Shown here: positions 1-9,262 of the stretch, piece after piece
Position numbering within the stretch: position 1 is the first letter of the stretch
Layout of the letters: each line of letters begins with the position of its first letter
Assembly: GCA_002687015.1 (NCBI GenBank)
Contig: NYZB01000189.1
Span: 1 to 55,496, forward strand
Reading direction: 5' to 3'
Length of the DNA stretch: 55,496 nucleotides
Source: Deltaproteobacteria bacterium
Lineage (GTDB): Bacteria > Myxococcota_A > UBA9160 > UBA6930
Notes under the pieces: generated by a model
The model's database searches: none
The model's input: the letters and a program-made list of their open reading frames with translations, nothing else
What the model was told of the DNA's origin: nothing
Program-made: the position numbers and the translations under genes

Positions 1-128
1 ACCGCTTCGAAGCGGCCATTCGCGGCCACGCGCCGGAGGCGAAGGTCCACCTCGTCGAAGGCGCCACCCACCTGGGCCTGGTCGGCGACCCCAGGACGGC
101 CGAGCACCTGATCGCCTGGACGCGCTGA
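1..128 (+). CDS. 3' end of a probable alpha/beta hydrolase (partial)
   Basis: Frame from nt 3 reads RFEAAIRGHAPEAKVHLVEGATHLGLVGDPRTAEHLIAWTR*; the VEGATH segment resembles the catalytic-His region of alpha/beta hydrolases; TGA at 126-128. Confidence 0.5.
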   Translation, partial: RFEAAIRGHAPEAKVHLVEGATHLGLVGDPRTAEHLIAWTR

Positions 129-175
129 ATCCCCGACGAAGGGCTCTTTCGCTCTCGGTCCCGATGCGGCGCGCT

Positions 176-357
176 CTAGCCCGTCTCGTCGCGATGGGCG
201 GAGTCCGGGGAGAAGGCCGGCAGGCAGACTGCCACGTAGTGGGCGCCGCCGGGCTCGGGGCTGCTGTAGCGAACCCACTCGCCGGGCTTCGAGACGACGG
301 CCTGGCCGGCGCGCCGGCGGCCTCGATGACCGCCGGCGCGTCGATTCGCTCCGGCAC
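176..357 (-). pseudogene. cupin-domain protein remnant with internal deletion and frameshift
   Basis: GTG at 357, just after the ahcY stop, gives MPERIDAPAVIEAAG; a different frame continues AGQAVVSKPGEWVRYSSPEPGGAHYVAVCLPAFSPDSAHRDETG* (TAG 176-178). The pieces resemble the two ends of a small cupin family (recalled); 182 nt is not a multiple of 3. Confidence 0.65.
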
Positions 358-358
358 G

Positions 359-1804
<1,446 letters not shown>

Positions 1805-1886
1805 CGGGGGCGACTCCTTGGGGCGCACGTCGGCGCCGTGACGGTGGGGGAGGGTGCGGTCGGTCCGGCCCTCCGCGAACACGTGC

Positions 1887-1915
1887 AGTGTATTCATCCG
1901 TTTATGCGGATGCAA
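1887..1915 (-). promoter_or_regulatory. sigma70-type ahcY promoter containing an operator-like palindrome
   Basis: Minus strand TTGCAT (1910-1915)-17 nt-TACACT (1887-1892); inverted repeat CATCCG-N6-CGGATG at 1895-1912 overlaps the spacer and -35; AT-rich patch in GC-rich DNA. Confidence 0.7.
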
Positions 1916-1979
1916 TGGTATAAACCTTGAGGCCAATCGGCGGCCTGGTCCCCCCGGGGGATTCCCCTATCTTCCGAAG

Positions 1980-2561
1980 ATGCACGGCTTCCGACTGGCC
2001 CCGCTGTGGCTCCTCCCGAGCTTGCTCCTGGCGAGCGCTCCGGCCAGGGGGGCCGATCCCGGGCTCCCCTCGCCGCTCGCGATCGAGGTCACCCGAATCG
2101 ACGGCACTCCGGAGCCGCTCTCCACCTATCGCGGCAAGGTGTTGATGCTGGTGAACGTGGCCAGCCGCTGCGGGTACACCCCGCAGTACGAGGGGCTCGA
2201 GGGGCTCTTCGAGCGCTACCGGGATCGCGGCTTCGCCGTGCTCGGCTTCCCGTCCAACGACTTCGGCGGCCAGGAGCCCGACGACAACGAGAAGATCGCG
2301 GAGTTCTGCCGGGCGACCTGGGGAGTGGCCTTCCCGATGTTCGAGAAGCTCCACGTGGCCGGTCCCGACCAGCACCCGCTCTACGCCCTCCTGACCGGCC
2401 TGCCGAAGCCGCTCGGTGGGCCGATCGAGTGGAACTTCCAGAAGTTCCTGGTCGCTCGGGACGGGCAGGTGGCCGACCGCATCGCTCCGCAGATCCCGCC
2501 CACCGACCCGAGCGTGATCCAGAAGATCGAGCTCCTGCTCTCCGAGGCGCGGCCCGAGTAG
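1980..2561 (+). CDS. glutathione peroxidase family protein (Cys-type) with predicted signal peptide
   Basis: NVASRCGYTPQY, LGFPSNDFGGQEP, WNFQKFLV; hydrophobic N-terminus ending ARG-A. Confidence 0.92.
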   Translation: MHGFRLAPLWLLPSLLLASAPARGADPGLPSPLAIEVTRIDGTPEPLSTYRGKVLMLVNVASRCGYTPQYEGLEGLFERYRDRGFAVLGFPSNDFGGQEPDDNEKIAEFCRATWGVAFPMFEKLHVAGPDQHPLYALLTGLPKPLGGPIEWNFQKFLVARDGQVADRIAPQIPPTDPSVIQKIELLLSEARPE

Positions 2562-2572
2562 GCCCGGCTCTT

Positions 2573-3823
2573 CTACCTCATCCTGGTGACGTCGGTGGTC
2601 AGGACCACCGACGTCACCAGGATCCACATCGCCAAGCCCAACACGAAGAGCGACTCGCTCACCCCGAAGGTCGCGACCGCGTACCCTGCCAGCAGGGAGC
2701 CGAGGGGCGCCGCGCCCAGGAAGCCCAGCTGGTTGGCGGCGAGGACACGGGCGCGCTCCTTCTCGGGCGCCCGCTCCTGGAACAGGGTGCGGCTCATGTT
2801 CATGAACACCGCGCCGCACAGGCCCCAGCCGAAGGTGGTGAGGACCATGCCCGGGTAGGGAAGGCCCAGCCCACCCACGACGAGGAAGAGGGCGCCACCG
2901 GCCAGTGCCATGGCCAGGGCGCGTCCCTTGCGCCGGATCCCTCCGCGCTGGAGCAGCACCAGGCTGCCGAGGATGGTGCCGACCGGGAACATCCCCATCA
3001 GGAGAGCGAGCTGCAGCACCGTGTCGTCGTAGAGATCGCGAACCAGCAGCGGGAACACGACGTGGTAGCAACCCATGAAGAAGAGCCCGACCCCGGTTAC
3101 CAGGAGCAGGACCGGTCGCAGCTCGGAGCCCCACACGATCCGGATGCCCGCGGTCATCTCGCGCAGGGTGAGCCGCTCCGATACGGCGGCCTCCCGGGGC
3201 GGCCGGCTCGGCAGACCCCGAGCGAAGAGGGCCCCCCCGGTGAGGACCAGGAGCTGCGTGAAGATCGCCGCGGGCGTCCCGAGCCAGCGGCCCGCGCCCG
3301 CGATCGCCATCCCGACGGCCTGGGAGCTGAATTGGACCAGGGTGACCCGGGTGACGGTCTGGCCGACGTCGCCGCCGGCCACCTGCGTCAGCAGGCTGTC
3401 GCGCGCCGGCACGTTGAAGGCGCTGGTTGCGCCGATCATCACGCCGCAGGCGACGAGCACGGGCAGGGACAGCCATCCGCCGACCACGGCCAGGAGCAGC
3501 AGGCCCACCGGGAAGACGGTGCCCAGGTGCAGCCCGACGAGCATGCGCCGCGGCTCGACCCGATCCGCGACCGCGGCGCCGACCAGCAGCAGCGCCAGGT
3601 TCGAGAGCAGAACGGACATCTGCGTGATGCCGGTGGTCTGCGCGCTGGCTCCGAGTACCGAGACCACCAGCCAGGGAAAGAGCACCTGCTGCATGCCCCA
3701 ACCACCGAACCAGGACGAGGTGCTGCCCAGGTATCGGGCGAGGTGCCGGCGGCGCTCCTCGGAGGCCGGCTCGGCGGGTGAAGGATGCGCCGACGGACCG
3801 GCTTCGGGGGCAGGCTCCGCCAT
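2573..3823 (-). CDS. MFS transporter
   Basis: About 12 hydrophobic segments; motif A-like GAAVADRVEPRR. Confidence 0.85.
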   Translation of the reverse strand: MAEPAPEAGPSAHPSPAEPASEERRRHLARYLGSTSSWFGGWGMQQVLFPWLVVSVLGASAQTTGITQMSVLLSNLALLLVGAAVADRVEPRRMLVGLHLGTVFPVGLLLLAVVGGWLSLPVLVACGVMIGATSAFNVPARDSLLTQVAGGDVGQTVTRVTLVQFSSQAVGMAIAGAGRWLGTPAAIFTQLLVLTGGALFARGLPSRPPREAAVSERLTLREMTAGIRIVWGSELRPVLLLVTGVGLFFMGCYHVVFPLLVRDLYDDTVLQLALLMGMFPVGTILGSLVLLQRGGIRRKGRALAMALAGGALFLVVGGLGLPYPGMVLTTFGWGLCGAVFMNMSRTLFQERAPEKERARVLAANQLGFLGAAPLGSLLAGYAVATFGVSESLFVLGLAMWILVTSVVLTTDVTRMR

Positions 3824-3912
3824 CGGCCGCATGGTACCCGTCGCGGTCGCAGCTGCCCGCCGGGCGGCTGCGCCGTCGGTCGCGTAGAGTTTCGGGCCAA
3901 AGGAGGGTCGTC

Positions 3913-4794
3913 ATGCGCATCGGTCTTCAGGTTCCCAACTTCACCTGGCCCGAGGGAACGGATGCGCTGCCGGGAACGCTCCAGGAGATCGCCCAGATCG
4001 CCGACGACGGGGGCTTCGCGAGCCTCTGGGTCATGGATCACTTCTTCCAGATCCCGCCGGTGGGTCCGGCCGAGACCGACATGCTCGAGGGCTACGGAAC
4101 CCTGCACTGGCTGGCCGGCATCACACGGCGGATCAAGCTCGGCACCCTGGTGACGGGCGTGACCTACCGGCACCCCGGCTTGCTGGTGAAGACCGTGACG
4201 ACGCTGGACGTCCTGTCCAGCGGCCGGGCGATCCTGGGCATCGGCGCTGCGTGGTTCGATCGGGAGCACCACGGGCTGGGTGTCCCCTACCCGCCCCTCG
4301 GCGAGCGCTTCGAGCGCCTGGAGGAGACCCTCCAGATCGCCGAGCAGATGTGGTCCGACGAGGATGGCCCCTTCGACGGGCATCACTACCAGCTGGCCGA
4401 GACCCTCTGCGTTCCCCAACCGGTGCAACGCCCCCGCCCCCCCATCCTGGTCGGTGGGATGGGAGAGCAGAAGACCCTGCGCCTGGTCGCCCTCTACGCG
4501 GATGCCTGCAACCTGTTCACCTACATGGGCATGGATGTGCTGGTCCACAAGCTCGACGTCCTCCGCGACCACTGCGACGCCGTCGAACGCGACTTCGACG
4601 AGATCGAGCGCACCTCCCTCTCGACGATCCAGATGGGCCCCGACCACATGTCGATCCCCGACGTGATCGCCCACTTCCGCGAGCTCTCCGACGCGGGCAT
4701 CCAGCACGCGATCGTGAACCTCCCCGACGTCCACGAGCTCAGCCCCCTCGAGACCCTCGCCAAGGAGGTGATCCCGGCGGTGGGGGGCTTCTAG
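3913..4794 (+). CDS. LLM-class (probably F420-dependent) oxidoreductase
   Basis: WVMDHFFQ, LGTLVTGVTYRHPG, LGIGAAW, PILVGGMGEQKTL; AGGAGG RBS. Confidence 0.9.
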   Translation: MRIGLQVPNFTWPEGTDALPGTLQEIAQIADDGGFASLWVMDHFFQIPPVGPAETDMLEGYGTLHWLAGITRRIKLGTLVTGVTYRHPGLLVKTVTTLDVLSSGRAILGIGAAWFDREHHGLGVPYPPLGERFERLEETLQIAEQMWSDEDGPFDGHHYQLAETLCVPQPVQRPRPPILVGGMGEQKTLRLVALYADACNLFTYMGMDVLVHKLDVLRDHCDAVERDFDEIERTSLSTIQMGPDHMSIPDVIAHFRELSDAGIQHAIVNLPDVHELSPLETLAKEVIPAVGGF

Positions 4795-6281
4795 GAGGGG
4801 CTGTCCGGCCCGCTCTCCCCGAGGATCCTCTGGGCGCACTGCAGCCCGGAGGTCACGACGCCGGTGATGCCGCCGCCCGGCTGGGTCCAGTGCCCGGCCA
4901 GGTAGAGGCCGGGAAGCGGGGCCGCGTGCTCGGGGCGGCCGGGTCCGATCTGGGTGGGGGAGAGCTCGAAGCCGTAGATCGCGCCGGCCTCGTTGCGTGT
5001 GTAGCGCTCCATCGTGCGCGGTGTGGCGCCCTCGCAGAAGCGAAGACCCTCGCGCAGACCGGGCAGCCGGGCCTCGGCCGCGCGAAGCAGGTGCTCGGTC
5101 AGGGCGTCCTTCCGTTCGGGCCAGGGGCCCGCAGCGCTCTCGACCAGGGTGGTCAGCATCACCAGGTGCTCGTCCCGGGGAGCCAGCGAAGGGTCCAGGA
5201 GGCTGGGCACCGTGGCGGTGAACCAGCTCGGCTCGCCCCGACACGCGTCGCGGTAGGCCTCGTCGTGGTCGCAGCTCGAGAAGAAGAAGCTCTCGTGGCC
5301 CAGACCGGAAACGAGCTCTCGTGGAACGGCCAGGTAGTCGACGAAGGCCGAGATCGAGGCACGCATCGCGGAAATGCGTTGGGCATAGCGCCGCGGGAAG
5401 TGCTCTGCGCCCACGAGCTCGAACAGGGTCTGTCGCAGGTCCGCATTCGAGACGACCGTGTCCGCGAGGATCGGTTGTCCGTTCTCGAGGACCACGCCCG
5501 TCACCCGGCCCTCCGTGACCGCGATGCGCCGCACCGGGCTGCGCAGCAGGATCTCTCCGTCGCGCGACTCCACGGCGTGAGCCAGGGCGGCGGCGAGCTG
5601 CTGGAAGCTGCCCTGGCAATAGACGGCTCCGTCCGCGACGTAGGAGAGCAGCATCGTCGACCAGTAGAGGAAGGAGAGGCGGCTCGGCGGCAGGCCCAGG
5701 AAGGGCCACAGCGAGGTCAAGGCCGCCCGCGCCAAGGGGTCGCGCACCTGGGCCTCCAGCACCTGGGAGACCGTCGCACGGCGGTAGCGCAGGAGGGCCG
5801 GGAAGCGTTCGGGCGTGCGCAGGACGTCGGTCAGGGAGCCCAGCTCCGCCGCCATCCCCGTCTCGCGGGCGATGTCCGCGCACTCGGTCACGAAGCTGCG
5901 AATGCCCTTCTCCTGGTCCGGGAAGGCCTCCACGTGGGCCTCGCTGAAGGCCTCCACACCCGAGGGCGCCGCCAGGGTGAGGCCGGGGAGGGAGCTGGTG
6001 TAGAGCGGCTCGACCGGGAGCCAGGTGCAGCGGTTCGCCACGCCCAGTCCCTCGAGCACCCTCTCGATCAGGCCTCGACCCACCAGGTGCACCGCCGAGT
6101 CGAAGAGGTGCCTGCCGCGACGGAAGGCATGCGCGTAGCCACCGACCCGATCGTGCCGCTCGACGACGAGCACCCGGCGGCCCGTCTGGGCGAGCCGCGC
6201 GGCCGCCACCAGCCCACCGATCCCGCTGCCCACGACGATGACGTCGTAGCGTTCGCGCCGCGCCTCGGGGTGGAACCGCAT
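4791..6281 (-). CDS. phytoene desaturase (CrtI)/retinol saturase-like FAD-dependent oxidoreductase
   Basis: GSGIGG dinucleotide-binding motif, ERHDRVGG, ATPRTMERYT, GLYLAGHWTQPGGGITG. Confidence 0.85.
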   Translation of the reverse strand: MRFHPEARRERYDVIVVGSGIGGLVAAARLAQTGRRVLVVERHDRVGGYAHAFRRGRHLFDSAVHLVGRGLIERVLEGLGVANRCTWLPVEPLYTSSLPGLTLAAPSGVEAFSEAHVEAFPDQEKGIRSFVTECADIARETGMAAELGSLTDVLRTPERFPALLRYRRATVSQVLEAQVRDPLARAALTSLWPFLGLPPSRLSFLYWSTMLLSYVADGAVYCQGSFQQLAAALAHAVESRDGEILLRSPVRRIAVTEGRVTGVVLENGQPILADTVVSNADLRQTLFELVGAEHFPRRYAQRISAMRASISAFVDYLAVPRELVSGLGHESFFFSSCDHDEAYRDACRGEPSWFTATVPSLLDPSLAPRDEHLVMLTTLVESAAGPWPERKDALTEHLLRAAEARLPGLREGLRFCEGATPRTMERYTRNEAGAIYGFELSPTQIGPGRPEHAAPLPGLYLAGHWTQPGGGITGVVTSGLQCAQRILGESGPDSPS

Positions 6282-6287
6282 CCCCGC

Positions 6288-7535
6288 CTAGTGGACTTCG
6301 AGCTCTCTGGGATCGTTGCCCGCGAGGCCGTAGCGACACATGAAGGCGACCAGTCCCAGGCTGTACGGATTGGTGGTGCCCTCGCCCGTGAAGATGCGCG
6401 GCATGTGGCGACGGAAATGGAAGTCCATCATCCGGCCCGGCGGGGTCTGGCGCACGTACTCGCCGACCCGGAACAAGGTGAGCAGCCTTCCGTTGTAGTA
6501 GTAGCCCACCACCTGCTGCCAGACGCGGAGGTTGCGTAGCACGAAGCGCTCGTACTTCTGGAAGGCCCGGTCCGTACCCTTGAGGATGGCAGCGGCGAGG
6601 GCCTCGGAGCTCTGAAGTCCGATCAACATGCCGCTCGAGAAGACCGGGTCGACGAATCCGAAGGCATCGCCGACCAGGGACCAGTTCGGACCGCAGCCCC
6701 GCTCGCTGCGCAGCTGGTAGTTCGTGTACCGGATCACGGGAGTCGTGCGTCTCGCGTCCCTTGCCCACTCACGGGTCACGGCGTCGGCACGGAGGTAGGC
6801 GTCGAACTGCTCCTCGGAGCTGTTGCCGAACTTGTGCAGGAACTCGTCGCCCACCACGAGCCCCACGGAGACGCAGTCGGGCAGCGGGATCCGCCAGCCC
6901 CAGCCGTGCTCCAGCCGGTCGGTGTGGACGTTGCCCTCGGTCTCCATGGGCACGCCCTCCATGTGGGCATGCAGGGCGGCGTCCCTGCGATCTCCCACGA
7001 TGGCCGGGAGGTCCAGGAGGTTCGCGATCAGGCGGGAACGGCCGGTCGCATCGACGATCCAGTCCGGGTCGGCGCCGAGGGCGGACCGAGCGGCCTCCCG
7101 GCTCTCCTCGTCGAGTCGCAGGAACTCGCCCTCGCTTGCCTCCAGGCCTACCGAGTGGTGGATCTGCTGGGCGCCGGCGCGCCGTGCGGCCTCCAGGAGG
7201 GTCTCGTCGAAACGATCCCGCGGGACGTTGTAGGAGTAGGTGGTGCTCACCGAGGGGACATCGTGGAACTGGAAGCTCATCCCACCCTTCTGGTCGAAGA
7301 TGAAGGTGGCGCCGCCCTTGAAGCGACTGAAGGAGGCGACCTCCTTCTCGACACCGAGCTTCCGCAGGTGCGGAACGATGGCCGGCAGCAGCGATTCCCC
7401 CACGATGATCGGAGGGCGCTTGCCGCGGGTGAATAGCGCGACGCCGAGGCCCCTTCGGGCCAGGTGGGTGGCCAGCGAAGAGCCGGCGGGCCCCCCACCG
7501 AGGATGGCGACGTTCTCGATCCTCCTCCCGGACAT
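6288..7535 (-). CDS. flavin-dependent halogenase-family NAD(P)/FAD oxidoreductase (halogenase-like 1)
   Basis: GGGPAG, VGESLLP, Lys in FSRFKGG, WGWRIP (WxWxIP), GDAFGFVDPVFSSG; ATG at 7535. Confidence 0.8.
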   Translation of the reverse strand: MSGRRIENVAILGGGPAGSSLATHLARRGLGVALFTRGKRPPIIVGESLLPAIVPHLRKLGVEKEVASFSRFKGGATFIFDQKGGMSFQFHDVPSVSTTYSYNVPRDRFDETLLEAARRAGAQQIHHSVGLEASEGEFLRLDEESREAARSALGADPDWIVDATGRSRLIANLLDLPAIVGDRRDAALHAHMEGVPMETEGNVHTDRLEHGWGWRIPLPDCVSVGLVVGDEFLHKFGNSSEEQFDAYLRADAVTREWARDARRTTPVIRYTNYQLRSERGCGPNWSLVGDAFGFVDPVFSSGMLIGLQSSEALAAAILKGTDRAFQKYERFVLRNLRVWQQVVGYYYNGRLLTLFRVGEYVRQTPPGRMMDFHFRRHMPRIFTGEGTTNPYSLGLVAFMCRYGLAGNDPRELEVH

Positions 7536-7568
7536 CACGCTGAAACGTACGGCACCGTTCGAGGCCTC

Positions 7569-7634
7569 GCCAAAGCTCGTGCCGGAGGAGAGCAAAGCTC
7601 GTGCCGGGCAAGAGCAAAGCTCGTGCCGGAGGGG
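7569..7634 (-). repeat. three tandem 22-bp direct repeats, each a sigma54 -24/-12-like element
   Basis: CAAAGCTCGTGCCGG at 7571, 7593 and 7615; minus strand reads CGGCACG-AGCT-TTGCT (copies 2 and 3) and CGGCACG-AGCT-TTGGC (copy 1), versus consensus TGGCACG-N4-TTGCW. Confidence 0.8.
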
Positions 7635-7658
7635 ACAAACTGCGCGAGACTCCGCCCG

Positions 7659-7919
7659 ATGTCGGAATGGACCCCCGAGAAGTTGACAGCGCGCGTGTTC
7701 GAGATCTTGAGAGACGAGCTGCTCGAGGTGGGAGGGGACTTCTCGCCCCAGTCGAATCTCGTCGATGCGGGTCTCGATTCGCTGGCGGTCACCCAGCTCA
7801 TGCTCTCGATCGAAGAGAGCACCGGGGTCTGGGTCGACGAGAGCCTGCTCACGCCCGAGAACCTCGAGTGCGCCGAGACCCTGGCCGCATGCGTCCATGA
7901 GCAGCTCCAGCAGGGCTGA
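7659..7919 (+). CDS. acyl carrier protein (ACP-A)
   Basis: 86 aa, acidic, phosphopantetheine site AGLDSL. Confidence 0.9.
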   Translation: MSEWTPEKLTARVFEILRDELLEVGGDFSPQSNLVDAGLDSLAVTQLMLSIEESTGVWVDESLLTPENLECAETLAACVHEQLQQG

Positions 7920-9234
7920 GCTCCCCCTCACCGGCGCCGACTGCTTCCTGCGCGCCTTCGACGACGAGGTGCGGCGGCGCTGCGGCGCTTCCCACGCCTC
8001 CCAGCTGGTGCTCCGCCTGGGGGTCGGCTTCGACGCCGGGCGGCTCGCCGCCCTGATGGAACGCGTGGCCGCTGCCCATCCCATCCTGTACGCACCGATC
8101 CGCCGCAGGGGTTTCCGCCCTCCGGCCTATCGCATGGATCGGGCGCGGCCCGAGGCGGCTCCGCGGGTGCGGGTCCATCCGCTCCAGCAGGGCCGGGCCC
8201 TGCCCGAGCTCTTCTTCGAGCGCATGAACGAGCGCTTTCGCGCAACGCGCGGGGAGCTCATGGCCGTGGACGTCGTCCCCCGGGAGGAGGGGCGGACGGA
8301 CATGGCGCTGACCTGGCTGCACATGCTCTTCGACGGTGCGGGCAGCGAGGCCTTCGTCGAATGGCTCGATTCCGTCGACCGCGGGGAACGGAGCGTCACC
8401 GAGCTTCCCCCCGACGATCTGGAAGCGGCCGCACCGGGCATGCCCGAAGGTCTGGGCGCCCGGGAGCGAGGCCGGCGCGCCACCGCCTGGCAGCGATGGA
8501 TGGCGACGATGGCCGACCCCGCACCGCGCTCGCTGGGCGGTCCCCTGCGCACGGTCCCCCAGGCCCTTCGCTACGACCTGACCACCTTCGACCCGGCGGA
8601 GACCGAGGCCATCGTCGCGCGCGCGAAGCAGAGCGCCGGGTTCCTGACGCCCATGCTCTTCTATCTGGCGACCGCGATTCGCGCCCACGACGCCGTGTTC
8701 CGCGCGCGCGGCCTGGCGCCGGGCGCCTACGTCGTGCCGCTCCCGGTGAACCTGCGGCCCAAGGGAAGCGAGCACGCCCTGTTCCGGACCCGCGTCTCGC
8801 TGCTCTGGTTCCGCGTCCTGCCCGAGATCGTGGGCGACTTCGAGGCCCTGGTGGCAGAGCTCAAGGCCCAGAGGGTGGCCGCGATCAAGGCAAAGCAGAT
8901 CGAGAACGGCGCGATCGCCATGGACTACGCGCGCTATGCGCCGATGCGGGTCTACGCTCACATGGCCCGGCGCGCCGCCCGGGGCGAGCTGTGCTCCTTC
9001 TTCTTCGCCTTCACCGGTGAGTTCGCAGGTGGCATCGACCACTTCCTGGGTGCGCCGATCGAGAACGCGTTCCACGCGCCACCGGTGCCGGTATCGCCGG
9101 GCAGCAGTGCGGCGATGAGCCTGCGCGGCGGTCGTTTGAACGTGACCCACGTACAGCAGGCCGGCCTGCTCTCCCGGGAGGAGCGTCAGCTCTTCCAGGA
9201 GACGCTTCGCGCCGACCTGCTCGGCATCGCATGA
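7897..9234 (+). CDS. standalone condensation-domain-like / CoA-dependent acyltransferase fold protein
   Basis: WLHMLFDGAG (HxxxDG), PLPVNLRP, ~445 aa; overlaps the ACP gene. Confidence 0.65.
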   Translation: MSSSSRAELPLTGADCFLRAFDDEVRRRCGASHASQLVLRLGVGFDAGRLAALMERVAAAHPILYAPIRRRGFRPPAYRMDRARPEAAPRVRVHPLQQGRALPELFFERMNERFRATRGELMAVDVVPREEGRTDMALTWLHMLFDGAGSEAFVEWLDSVDRGERSVTELPPDDLEAAAPGMPEGLGARERGRRATAWQRWMATMADPAPRSLGGPLRTVPQALRYDLTTFDPAETEAIVARAKQSAGFLTPMLFYLATAIRAHDAVFRARGLAPGAYVVPLPVNLRPKGSEHALFRTRVSLLWFRVLPEIVGDFEALVAELKAQRVAAIKAKQIENGAIAMDYARYAPMRVYAHMARRAARGELCSFFFAFTGEFAGGIDHFLGAPIENAFHAPPVPVSPGSSAAMSLRGGRLNVTHVQQAGLLSREERQLFQETLRADLLGIA

Positions 9235-9262
9235 CCGGCGCCCGCGACGCGGCGGCCCCCCG

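Noticed and set aside
1805-1886. SAH riboswitch in the ahcY leader
   Set aside because: Only a CACGGCGCCG fragment resembles the 3' element; the GAGGAGCG..UGC..AGGCUC core is not visible. An Infernal search with the SAH riboswitch model would settle it
1980-2561. Selenocysteine glutathione peroxidase
   Set aside because: The active-site codon is TGC (Cys); there is no in-frame TGA
4791-6281. Carotenoid biosynthesis locus
   Set aside because: No phytoene synthase, GGPP synthase or cyclase in the window
7569-7634. CRISPR array
   Set aside because: The repeat core is 15 bp with 7-bp linkers, there are only three copies, and no cas genes are present
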